A model generated the notes under the pieces. It worked only from the letters and a program-made list of their open reading frames with translations, ran no database searches and was not told where the DNA came from. A DNA stretch of 64,000 nt. Origin: Yuukianura sp. NJ FZ-2021 (Eukaryota). The position numbers and the translations under genes are program-made. Shown piece after piece: positions 1-12,100 of this stretch. The DNA lies in contig CM102287.1 of assembly GCA_046563655.1 (NCBI GenBank), positions 9,486,001 to 9,550,000 on the forward strand, read 5' to 3'. The first letter of the stretch is position 1, and every line of letters begins with the position of its first letter.

Positions 1-879
1 ACACAATTACTCTTCCCACTTCCTTGCATTTCCCTACTTGAACCAACCTAACAAAAGTTAAAACCAACAACTAACAACTACTTTGGCACTTTGTCTCCAA
101 AAGAAATTAGCAGGAAAATGAAGTTAGGCATGCTAAAGGCTTTTTTATTCTCCCACCGCCCACGGTTTTCAGACTCCTCAAACACTCTGTACAACCAACC
201 TAAAATTCTCGGTTGAAAATGAAACACTGGTGTTTTTTTTCGGTGTTTTTTGCTGGGTGTTTTTTTGGTAAAACTGAGGTAACACAGGAACACTGAAAGT
301 GAAAGTCTGGAATGGAGAGAAAGTAACTGAATTTAAAATTCTACTGTTGTCTTTATCTTGGATCAAACCTTGGATAGAGAAGGAAGACTTGAAAAAATAT
401 GAAATCTTGAAAAAATGATTTTTTTTTTTTGGAAGAGAAAGCATTTGGGGTGGAAAATATGTCAAATGCATTCGGATAGAATGCGGATCGTCTCTCGTGA
501 TACAATCAATCAGGTTCTAAAGTAGGGACAAAGATGGATAAGGGTACTTACGATTAGAATTTAAACTAATTCTATTTGAAAAAAAAACAAACTAGTTTTT
601 CAAAATTTATGCTCAAGGGACTAGTTAGTGTTCGGCCAATTTCAAAAAACAAGGAAGAAAAAGTTATGCAATTTTAATTTTGAATTGAAAATTAGGAAGC
701 GCCGATTCAAATTTACGAGAAAATGCTTTCAATTGTTTACATTAGTACAAGTTATATTGTTTGAATGTAAGTACACGGGATCAGTGTGTTGAAATTGAGA
801 ATTTCAAAAAATGAAATTCCGAAAATTTAATTTTGAAAGTTTGATTTTTTAGGTCAAGGTCAAAGGTCACGTGAATTAC

Positions 880-1000
880 CTTGTGCCAAACTTGTGAGAG
901 CGAGCACCAGCAGTCCAATGGCAAGTACAGCCTTTGACCAAGAAATTGTCGAGGTCATCAAGGTCCCCGCTGAGGTCAAACTTGCCTGTGGCTTCTTCAT
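880..1000 (-). CDS. First coding exon (signal peptide) of a secreted or membrane protein whose remaining exons were not identified (probably left of the window)
   Basis: ATG at 1000 gives MKKPQASLTSAGTLMTSTISWSKAVLAIGLLVLALTSLAQ followed by a G|GTAATT donor; the hydrophobic core is signal-peptide-like. Confidence 0.5.
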
Positions 1001-1518
1001 TTTTTTTTTTTTTGAAAAGTTGAAACTGTTCAGTTCAAAACCCGCTAAAACCAAAAACAAAACTCAAGTTTCAAAATTTTGAACTTTTTAGAAAAAAAAA
1101 CTCCAAAAAAATCACCCCTCGAAAACTTTCCCTTCCGCTTCTACTTTCACTTCCGTCGCCTTTCGGCTTGGACGTCAAAGATTGAAATGAATTCTTCAAA
1201 ATTTCGAGAAATTCTGACCGTTATGTTGAAGGCAGAATTTGGAAAATGGAACTAACTCAATTTTGAAATTCGGGGCTGAAAATGACGATGTTTTTAGGAG
1301 GCGAGGGAGATGACATTGGAGATTAGCATTAGTGTCTCTGCTCATGCAAAGTCCTGACACACTAATTTCCGCCTTGTCCATCTCCTGTCCAATTATCCCC
1401 CCATTAACAAATCTACAACTACATTAAGAAACTAGGCTATTAGGTTAGGTTAGTTAGGCTAACTTATTAAGTTAGGTTAACATCTTAAGTTAGGTTATGG
1501 TTAGGTTATTAGCCTTAC

Positions 1519-1626
1519 GATACAGCAACAGTTGAAGTCCAAGTGGCCACTGGAAGACTCCGGGTGATGTTAAAGAAAAAGGAAATGACTGTGGGCGAGA
1601 ATCGTGCCTCCGACCGCTCTTTTATA
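1519..1626 (-). promoter_or_regulatory. Candidate TATA promoter and non-coding first exon of the left-edge gene
   Basis: Minus-strand TATAAAAG at 1626-1619, Inr-like CAGTC about 36 nt downstream, and a GTAAG donor at 1518. Confidence 0.35.
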
Positions 1627-3958
1627 GTCCGCGTCAAACGCCGCACCCCCTCCATCCCTTTGTGCCATTTTGATTTTCAAAACCAAAGTGCCTACTCTCT
1701 TCTTCGTGACACTTGAGCCAATCACAAGCTTCCGTTCCCCCCTCAAATATTCCACCCCCGAAAAAGTGTTACTTTCACCCGCTAAATCCACATCATAAAC
1801 TCAAAATATCCATTAAACCCAAAAACAACTTTCAAATGTAATTCAAGAACCAAAATCATCTTTCACCAAAACCTCTGCGCCCACGACAGTTTTCAAAATT
1901 ATGCTTTTGTTATACCACAATCATCAAATTTTGAAGAGTACAAAAATAGGTAGGCGTACCAAGAATCCTGTTTGTTGGTACTCAAGTTTTTAGTTTTGGG
2001 TAAAAATTTTCAAAAAAGACGATTAAAAATTTTCATGCATATTCCCAACTCCTGTCTCCGGAAAATCTGGTTTTATATCTGATTTTATCACACAAAAATT
2101 AGAAGAAGTTTTGAGTGGCATTGACGCGATGCATACTTTCGACAAATTGTGGAGTTCGAAATTTCAAATTTTTTGAGGAAATCTTCAAATGTTAGTCCTC
2201 CAAACATGAATTTGAGTACAAACTGGCGGGAATTTCTAACAATAATCCAGAAGAAATGCTAAGCTTTAATGACGCTTTTGACCTAAGTCACTTTAAAGCA
2301 TCATCTCCTCCTGATGACTCTATCAAAAGCTACAATAAATTTAAAGAAATCCTCAAATGTTAGGCTAGGTAACCTAATGTTAGGCTACTAAACTAACTAG
2401 CCTAAGGTAAACCTAACTTAAAAGAAGAGAAAGTAAAAGGAAATGGTCATAATCCAGTATTCTGGACTCTAAATTTCCTGCATGAGTCTCTCTCAAGTAC
2501 ATTTTTGTTGCCTGGAGAAAGTCCTCAAGGAAGTGCCTCAATCACGTCAATTTAAAGCCATTTCCTCTCCATTTTTTAAAATTTTGAAAATTTGCGGGAA
2601 AATGGCAGCAGTATAGTAGTTTTTTTTCTCTCTAAAAAGTCAAGACTTGTAAAAATTGTGTTATCGTGTGAAGATGATTTAGGGGGGAAGGATATTAAAT
2701 CTGGTTGTGGCTGGATTTAGCAGAGAGAGATGTGATTGGTTCCATTCATTTTGGACGTGTCACCCTTTGGCACTATGGAGTGTGTAAATCCCCTTTATCC
2801 ATAATGTTCCAGAATATTCCAATATCCTAACTTATGTCTCCAAAGTTAACAATATGTTGACTCTTTACCTTATGCATGACTCTCACCCTGGGAGAAAGTA
2901 AATGAAGAGTTATTCAGAAATAGAAAGATGAAACCACTCTCACCAGACTCAAAGTCCAATGTTAATACTTTTTCAAAATAATTTCATCCCGACGACATAA
3001 TACTTTATACGTTGTAAACATAGTGTTGTGCACTATGAACTTTATTTATGACGGCAAAGTGTCAAAGGAAAGTTTTGTAACTAAAATTGAAATAAGAAAT
3101 TGCACAAAATGGAGCATTTGATCTCCTTCTCTTGAAAACATAATCCTTGTCTGTCAATTTCAAGAATTTTGAAGCCTAGGAACGCCAAATCTTTCAATTT
3201 TATGAAATAGAAATTATTTTTACTTTAATTTTCTTTTCGTTTGGATAAGAAGCATCTCCTTAAAGCGTCACTTTCACACCATTAGTGAAAGTCTGACATC
3301 AAAAGAGAAAGTTCTAGTCACACTAAAAGCCACGCATCTCGCCCACCCTCCCACATCCCACTCCCGTCCAATTCCCAATCCTATGTGGTATGGTATTTTC
3401 GTGTACTATGATAAATAAAGGAACATTATAAAATATAATACAAAAATATTATTCATAAATTAATATATATTTTCACCACTTTTTATTTTGTTGTGACCTA
3501 TAACATGCTTTTCTTACAAAAACAAATATGTAGCCAGCAGAAGTAAGGAATAGGAAACATTTGTTCTCGTGATAATTGTAATTTCTGGTAATTTATGGCA
3601 CTTACTAAACTTAAGTAAAATAGTTCAATTATTGTTGTTTCTTCTGTATCATTAGAGTGTGCTTAAGTTTTTAATTCAACTTGCAATTAAATTTTGTCAC
3701 CCTTTCGTTCTCATAATTGCAAGTAAAATTTGTTATTATTTATTTTTTAGCATGGGTACAAGCCTATAACTTGCTTCACTTCAACCGCATGTTTGAAGAT
3801 GCTTTTGGATGTGTGTGTGGGACGCGGGAAAGACAAAGGAAGAGGCAAGAGAGAAATTGAGGTCATCCGTAAAAGTTCACTGCAAGATTGGGATTTTCAT
3901 CTTCTAATTTGTTACAGTGTGTCGATTAATAATCAAGGTATCTAAAGGTCATTGAACC

Positions 3959-5663
3959 ATGGGGGACAAAGAAGATACGGAGCATACCATCGCCAGTGAT
4001 TTGGTTGTTACCAAATACAAAATGGCTGCAGAAATTACAAACAGTAAGGAACGGAATCAATTCTGCAGCATATGGAAATTTTAAAAATGAATCATGATCT
4101 GATCCCATGTTGTTTTTTTAGAGACACTGAAATGCATAATTGCTAAATGCATTCCTGGAGCCTCTGTACGTGAGATTTGTAAATTCGGAGATCAAATGCT
4201 GCGAGAGGAGACTGGCAAACAGTTCAAGAAAGAGAAAGACCTTAAGAAAGGTCAGCAACTTACGTTTGGAATGAAATCTAAGCAACCTGATGTAAACTGA
4301 ACTCTTTAATTCATGTAATGATTGATTCTGATTCTGTAGGTATTGCTTTTCCAACCTGTATCTCTGTGAATAACTGCATTTGCCACTTTTCTCCACTCAA
4401 TTCGGAGCCAGATTATATTTTGAATGATGGAGACCTAGCCAAAATGTATGATTCTTCAGATTTCTTAATCTTCATCATCATTAAAGTAATTGATTTTTCT
4501 AATTCAGTGACCTAGGAGCCCATATCGATGGATACATAACAGTCGTAGCACATACGGTTGTTGTAGGATTTGACCCAGCGTCGGGGTCAAAAGTTACAGG
4601 ACGAAAGGCAGATGTACTTTTAGCAGCTTACCATGCTTCAGAAGCTGCTCTCCGACTAGTAAAACCAGGAAATGAGGTCAGTCATCATACGTTTTTTGAA
4701 CGATTTTAAGAAACAGTTCACTGATTTCTATGCATTTTCAATAATTTCAGTCCGACAAAGTGACCTCGACGGTGTTGAAGATCGCAGAAACGTTCAAATG
4801 CAAGCCAATTGAGGGAATGCTCAGCCACGAGCTGCGTCAAAATGAAATTGACGGTGAGAAGACGATCATTCAAAATCCCAATGAAGCTCAGAGGAAGGAG
4901 CATGATAAAGTGACATTCGAGGTCAACGAAGTATACGGTGTTGACGTACTCATTTCTACCGGTGAAGGACAGGTCAGAGGTCACTTTCAAATCTTAATTC
5001 AAAAAATAGAATCAAAAATCAAAATGAACAGGGTCGTGAAATGGATACTCGTGTAAGTGTGTACAAGAGAACTCTGGACCAGTACATGCTCAAGTTGAAG
5101 ACATCAAGAGCCTTCTTCTCAGAAGTCCAAAATAAGCATGGTCTGATGGCTTTCAACTTGAGGGACTTTGAGGACGAGAAGAGGGCTAAAATGGGGGTCA
5201 ACGAATGTATTTCACACAAAATCGTCGAACCTTACACCGTTCTCTACGACAAATCAAGTAAAGTGACAACATTCTCTTAGTCAAACTAATCATGATTAAT
5301 CATGATTAACCAATTACTTTTCTTTGTAGGTGAGGTAGTGGCACAGTTTAAGTTTACTGTTCTCCTCATGCCGTCAGGGTCTCATAAAATTACCGGACTT
5401 CCATTTGATCATCTCCAGTGTGACTCGGAGCACAAGATAGAGGACGAGGACATCAAAGTACAAACTTCAAAATTTCAAAATCTCAGTTTCGAAATTTTGA
5501 CACTCATTTTTGGTAAAAATTTGTCTTCTTTTTTCAGAAACTGTTAGCATCCGGTGTGAATCCAGGCAAGAAGAAGAAGAAGCCTGCTGCCAAGTCCGCC
5601 ACTGGCGCTGGAGGTGACAAGAAATTGGAACTGGATGCTGCCAATGGAGAAACCACTTGCTAA
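3959..5663 (+). CDS. PA2G4: Proliferation-associated protein 2G4 (EBP1), multi-exon
   Basis: [77 protein letters not shown] and a Lys-rich C-terminus; canonical introns. Confidence 0.95.
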
Positions 5664-6152
5664 ACAATTCCTTCCTTTAATATTAACCTTCCTTCCTACA
5701 CCTCGAACAGTCTTATTGTGACTATAAGGTTGTAAGTTAGGTTAATCTATTGGATTAACCTAATAGGTTAGTTCCAGCCTAACCAACCTAATTGATGTGA
5801 CAACTCCTCATGTGGACGCTTTTAAGACTCAACTCGAGAAAATAAAACTTTCCCAATGTGACTCAATCAATTACTGAAGTTTAATTATTGATTTATTAAT
5901 TAACAAACTAAAACAACTTTTCTACTTTATTATAAAAATGTAACAAGGTTAAGGAGAGCCTGTCTAAAAATTTAACTGATTTGGCATTGTTTGTTCTAAA
6001 TTCTAAAAACTTAAAAAACTAGAGGCAGTTGATTAGCTATATTCATTTTGTCACTGGGAATAATTTAAAAAGGCTTGGTTTGTGTGATTGTGCTCGTTTT
6101 GTTGCATCATGTGCTTAATTAGCTTAAAGTGTCAATTAGTAATTGAGATTCC

Positions 6153-9100
6153 TTAGATGAACCATTCTCGCTTGACCTGAACAGAGTGCCCTGTGACCCC
6201 GTGCACAGCAGCTTCGTTCGGGTCAGCAGCATCAGCAGCCCCTTCATCCTCTTGTGTCAAGTACTCCCCCTTGTGCTGACTGTAGTAGCGACCAATCAGA
6301 ATGCACATGATGATGATTCCAAGGAAAATCAAAGCCAAAATTCCTGAAAACAAAAAATCATCTTCATTTTTAAAAAGTACTCAAAAAAAAATTTCAGTTT
6401 TCAAAAAGGTCTCAAAAAACTTTGAGTTTTCAAAATTTTCCTTACCTCCCAATACAGCACTCTCAATGACAGTATTGAGGTAGTATTGATCGATTTTACT
6501 TTCGTCAAGGTCAAAGGGCGGTCGGATTTCAGTTATTTCTGGAGGGTGAGTCACGGGTTCAACGCCACAAAAATCTTCTTGCAGTGCAGCTACATGAAAA
6601 AAAAAAAAACATTTTAAAAGGTCTCATGTTGAATCGTATCACAGAAGAGATATGGGCTTGCCAGGGCATGCTTTTTTCATTGGAATCGTATGATCAAAAA
6701 CAATTTAGCCTAAAAGTGAAAAGGTCAAAAAATGAAAAGATCAAAAATTGAGAAGATCACCAACAAAACACAGCTTGGCCAAACCCAACCTACTATTCGT
6801 CAGGATTGACATTTTCACTTTTTGACCTTTTCCCCTTTTGATCGTTTCACTTTTTGATCAAATTATGTCCACCCGAACAAGTTGTGGAGTTGATACCTCG
6901 TCGATTCAAGTTTTTTTTGGAACTAAACTTTTTCTTTTTGAAAAAGCATTTTGGCAGAACTTTTTGAAAAGGCGTTGCTTGCTTACGTGGATAAGATCGG
7001 ATGTTGGCAGGTGGATTATCCTGGAAGAGATACTTGAGTGGGAACTGATCATCAAATTGGACTCTGGAGATGCATCCAATGAATCCCTCCCGCATAGATT
7101 CGTTTCTTCCGATGTACAAATGCTCAATGTTGTTGAACTGTGCGTCAGCAGAGGCTTTCACATTGAACACAACTTCATACGGCTCCAGATTATCTGCATT
7201 GATAATCAACTTTGTTCCGGAATTTGCTCTCGTGATGGTCACATCGTGGTACTAAAACACAAAACCAAAGTAATTAAACCAAAACTGAGTAGTTAATTGA
7301 CGAATTGTTGCTAATTACTTGTCCAGTTGCAAAGTTATGGTCTGGATAAATGATTTCTTGACGTTCAAATCCAAAGTCAAACACCAGTCTCAAGTGACCT
7401 GAATTTGACACGAGCAGGGTCAAGTACTCTTGAGTGACATTCGAAAACAAGCCAACTAGGAAGCCTTTCGGCTCCGTAGTTGTGAAACCCACTCGTAACT
7501 TTTCGGCTATCGTCGATTTGTAACTTCCGTTAAAGTCAAATCTGACCATCGAGTGACTCTGCATGTTCACACCAATTTCTGAAAACAAAAAAATTATTTC
7601 AAAATTTTTGTTTTCAAATTTTTTTCTAAAATCTCACCGTCGGCACAAATCGGGCCCTTGAACGACGTGTATCTGCAGTCGCATGTGTAACTGTTGTACC
7701 CCTCTGTACAAGTTCCTTCGTTCAAACAAGGATTGGAGTCACATCGTCCAGTACATCCCATCCCAACTCCTAAAATTTCAAAACAACATTTCAAATTTTG
7801 TAACTTCAAAATTTTGAAACTTTCAATTTTTTTGAAAATCACCATATTCCTGTCGTTCCACTGCCGTTTTCAAGTCGAGAAAAACTCCATTTAGAGTAAC
7901 AGCTCTCATGCATCCAACGTATCCTTCCCTGTACTCTGTCGTGGCTCCCAAGAAGAACTCTGATGTCAACTCCATTGTCCTGACATGACCATGGGCCTGT
8001 GGCCTCGTGTCACTCGCCGATCCATCTACAACCACCTTAGCCTGTTTCCGATTCTGCTCAATCAAAATAGAATGCCACTCGTCATCGTTCAAGCGATTGG
8101 AAGTTTTGACGTTCAGCGTCCAGGATTCCACTTGGGAAGACAAGTATGGCTCGAATTGAACTTGCTGTCCATCTATCAACACAAATCACGAATTACTTTC
8201 ATGAAATTGCGAATTACTTTCATGAAATTACGAATTACTTTCATGAAATTACGAGTTACTTGATCATGAAATACTTTACTTACTAATTAGTGAAACTTTG
8301 ATGTAATCTTGGGGTCCTTTGACATGCAAAAACACAGCGTTGAGTGCAGTCGTTTTGAATTCGAAATAAATATCCCAGGAGTGACCCAGTTCAGGCGTGG
8401 GGAAAGTCAGCACAGCATCAGTTAGACGAAACGTCACGACATTGTCATACAACACTAAAAAATATTATTATTATATAATATTCTAATATAAAATTAAGTT
8501 TTTATATTATTAATTTACCATTTCCTTCACAAATTAAATCTCCTAGACTAAATTTCCCCCGCTTGTCATCCAGCAGCGTTCCAGTGTCACCAAACCGAAG
8601 TTGCCGAACTGGCAAGTATTCTTTTTCTATCAACCAACCGCTGTCCGAAACTTCGGCATCCAAACCTACAACGAGTGAATCAAAATTTTTCAAAATCTTC
8701 AACATTTACAAAATTTTAGAACAATTTCGAAAATTCACACAATTCCTCCATACCTCCATCGCAGTTGCACCAAGTATTTTCTATGACACACTGGTTGAGT
8801 ACTCCACATTCACATTTCCGACTCCCCTGCGGAGCATTTCCCCAGTAGTCCATTTGTTGGTTCTGTCTACTCACCCACCATCCACTCGGACGAAATATCT
8901 GCGTCTCATCATCTACAATTCAAAAAACGCTCAAACATGCTCAAAATTCTTCAAAAAACAAAATTTTGAAAAAATTACAAGGTGAGTTGAACAATCTCGA
9001 CTGGCGACATCTATACTCAACGCGCTGTTTGCATGAAGAACTCCGATTGACCACAGCTTCAATCTGAGCTAGCGATCCATCATACACAATGTCCTAAAAA

Positions 9101-12100
9101 CAACAAAAATCAGGTTAAATGTTTGAAAAGTCGTTTTGGATTTTTGGAATTTGGAATTATGTTATTTAAAAAGAGTGATTTTCCTACTAAACGTTTAACT
9201 TTTTGGAATTTGGAAATATGCCATTTAGAAAGAGTGATTTTCCTACTAAACTTTTAACTTTTTGGAATTTGGAATTATGTTATTTGAAAAGAGTGATTTT
9301 CCTACTAAACTTTTAACTTTTTGGAATTTGGAATTAAGTTGTTTAAAAAGAGTGATTTTCCTACTAAACTTTTAACTTTTTGGAATTTGGAATTATGTTA
9401 TTTAAAAAGAGTGATTTTCCTACTAAACTTTTAACTTTTTGGAATTTGGAATTAAGTTGTTTAAAAAGAGTGATTTTCCTACTAAACTTTTAGCGTTTTG
9501 GAATTTGGAATTAAGTTGTTTAAAAAGAGTGATTTTCCTACTAAACTTTTAGCGTTTTGGAATTTGGAATTATGTTGTTTAAAAAGAGTGATTTTCCTAC
9601 TAAACTTTTAACTTTTTGGAATTATGTTATTTAAAAAGAGTGATTCGGAAATCTGAATGATGGAGATTTGCGGAATTCGGAGTGATTCGTTACCTCTGAG
9701 AAGGAACCAGGATCTTGGTATCCATCTACTTCAGTAAGTTCAGCGGAATTGTGTCGAATGTGTGTTTCAGTTGGTCCACCAGTGAAATACTGACAGATTA
9801 CGCTAAAGGGATCCAGTGGCCCACTTCCATCTGGATCAATCGTCACTTCTGTCCGCCGATTTCCTGGATTTGTGTTTCTATAGGCTTCGCAACTCGTTGA
9901 GTGAAGAGCTACACAAAAGAGATCAAAAAAGTTAGAATTTTAGAAATTCTTTTTCTTTAAATTTCGAAATTTTTAAATTTTCTCGTTTTTACATGAATAG
10001 CAAGTGGCTCCAGTGTATCCAGTTCCGGTACAGTCGCATTCAAACTCAGAACTGGTTTGTCTACAAATTCCACCTACAAAACCAAAACCAGAAACAAAAT
10101 TCAAAATTCTAAAGTTAAAAATTCATCTTTCAAAATTATGAAAAAGCGATTTCAGTGTTATTACCGTGTTCGCATGGATTTGGTGAGCAGCGATCCATCA
10201 TTTGACAAGCATCGATTACAACAGCGTCATCACAACAGTAGTGCTACAAAAAAAAAACGTCATTTCAGAAATTTTTCCAGAAATTCAAAAAAGTTGAGAC
10301 TTTTTCTGAAAAATCGTTTTGTTTAGACTTTTTTTCCTAACCTCTCTCACTTTGAAGTCTTTCGGATTCCGAAAAGCTCCATCAACCGAAATTTGACGCA
10401 GACAACCCACGAATCCTCTCATGTTGTTCAGTTGTAAGGAATTGAACGTTAGGAATACCGGGTCAACTCCGCCCATAAAGTACACATCTCCAGTGACAAT
10501 GTCCATGAGTCTCGTTGTCACCACCATGCGCTCATCCACACTCAACGTCACCCGGTTCTTCCGAACTGTCACTTCCAGATTATGCCAAAGTCCATCATCA
10601 AAAGTCTCTGCAAAGTTTTCCAGTGTCAATCTTGGAGAGTTTTCCACTTCCAAGTCCACAAGAAGTTTTCCTTTGTCCATGTACACCTAAAGTCATAAAA
10701 ATCGTTAAAATTCAATCAATTAACACTTAACATTAATTAAAATTTCAATTAACCTTGATGTATCCAGGTGAAGAGAACTTGTGAAACAAAAGAGTCACGG
10801 ACGGTTCGAAAGTTCGAAAATCAAAAGACACATTGAGATGAAGTAGCCCAAAAAATCCAGTCAGTTTCAAAAATCCTTTGGGTTTTGTGAATGTCACTGG
10901 AACTATATTTGAATCTGGACAGTGATGGAGCGTATGATGAGAATAAAATCGCTCTGTATCGTAGTACGAAGGTTCTCTCAAATTCGAAATGACGTTAGTT
11001 TCATTCAAATAAAGATTCTCGAGACATCCAGTAAAATTTTTCGTTGTGCGAAGTCCTTCGTCGATGTTCGGAACACCACCAATGTACAACTGTTGACAAA
11101 AATCATCCATTTTTTAAAAATTCGTCCAATTCTTTTAAAATTTTGAACTCTTGTTCTAAAAAACTTACAACTTTGTCCAAATCCAGAACTTGGAAATCTC
11201 CTTTGACAATTGCTTTGAGTTCAACACGATCAATTGTAAAGGAAACACGGTTCAGCCACCGGTCAATTCTCACATCATGCCAAAGTCCGTCGTCCAGAAG
11301 AGATCCAGATGATATCGATGTCATTTCTCCAGAACCTAAAGAAAAAATTTTGAAGTTAAGTCTAAGTTAATTAATTAAGTTAGTTAATTAATGTTTTTAA
11401 TGTTTTTTACCTAAATTGAGATTAAGTACCATCCTGTTCTTGTGGAGTTGCAGAGCCAAGAAATCTCCTTGAGTTCCATGCCCATAAATTATGACTCCGT
11501 CGGCCTCGGTTGTGCGCAGACGAAACTGAATAATGTCCCGTTGTGACTGAATCCGATTTTCAGTCAAGTTCTTGTACACCAAGGCACTTCCATTAAAAGA
11601 CAGCGTTTCACTGACTATAAAACAATTAATATAAAATAATACATTATTATTCAATTAATATTTATAATAAATATTTCCTATACTTACCGTAATCACACCC
11701 ATAGAGTTCAATTCTCATTGAAATCCTTTCACCCCATCGTGTCGGATTGATTCTTATGAATTGTGCGATAATTGGCGTGTCAAATCGATTGACCTTTGGA
11801 GAATCTCCGTTTTTGTTTCCTTCGAATAACTGCAAATCAAAATCAAAATTTCAAAATGAAAATTTCATTTCAACCTAAATATTTTAAGGATTCCTCTTTT
11901 TTTGTCCAAATAGTTCTAAACTACAAGCTTCACCAGATAGTACCAAAACCCAGGAGGTCAAAGGTCAAAACCAGTTTTTAGAAAAGTTTAAGCAGTTTTT
12001 TAAAGTTACCTCTCTGACATTTTTCCAACTACTGCCGTCGAAAGAGTGCTGAAGCTGAAATTGGCGTACAAATTCCTTGCCACCACAACCCCGCAACACC

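Noticed and set aside
9141..9645. CRISPR-like periodic array
   Set aside because: The units are contiguous with no unique spacers, no cas genes are present, and it lies in a eukaryotic intron
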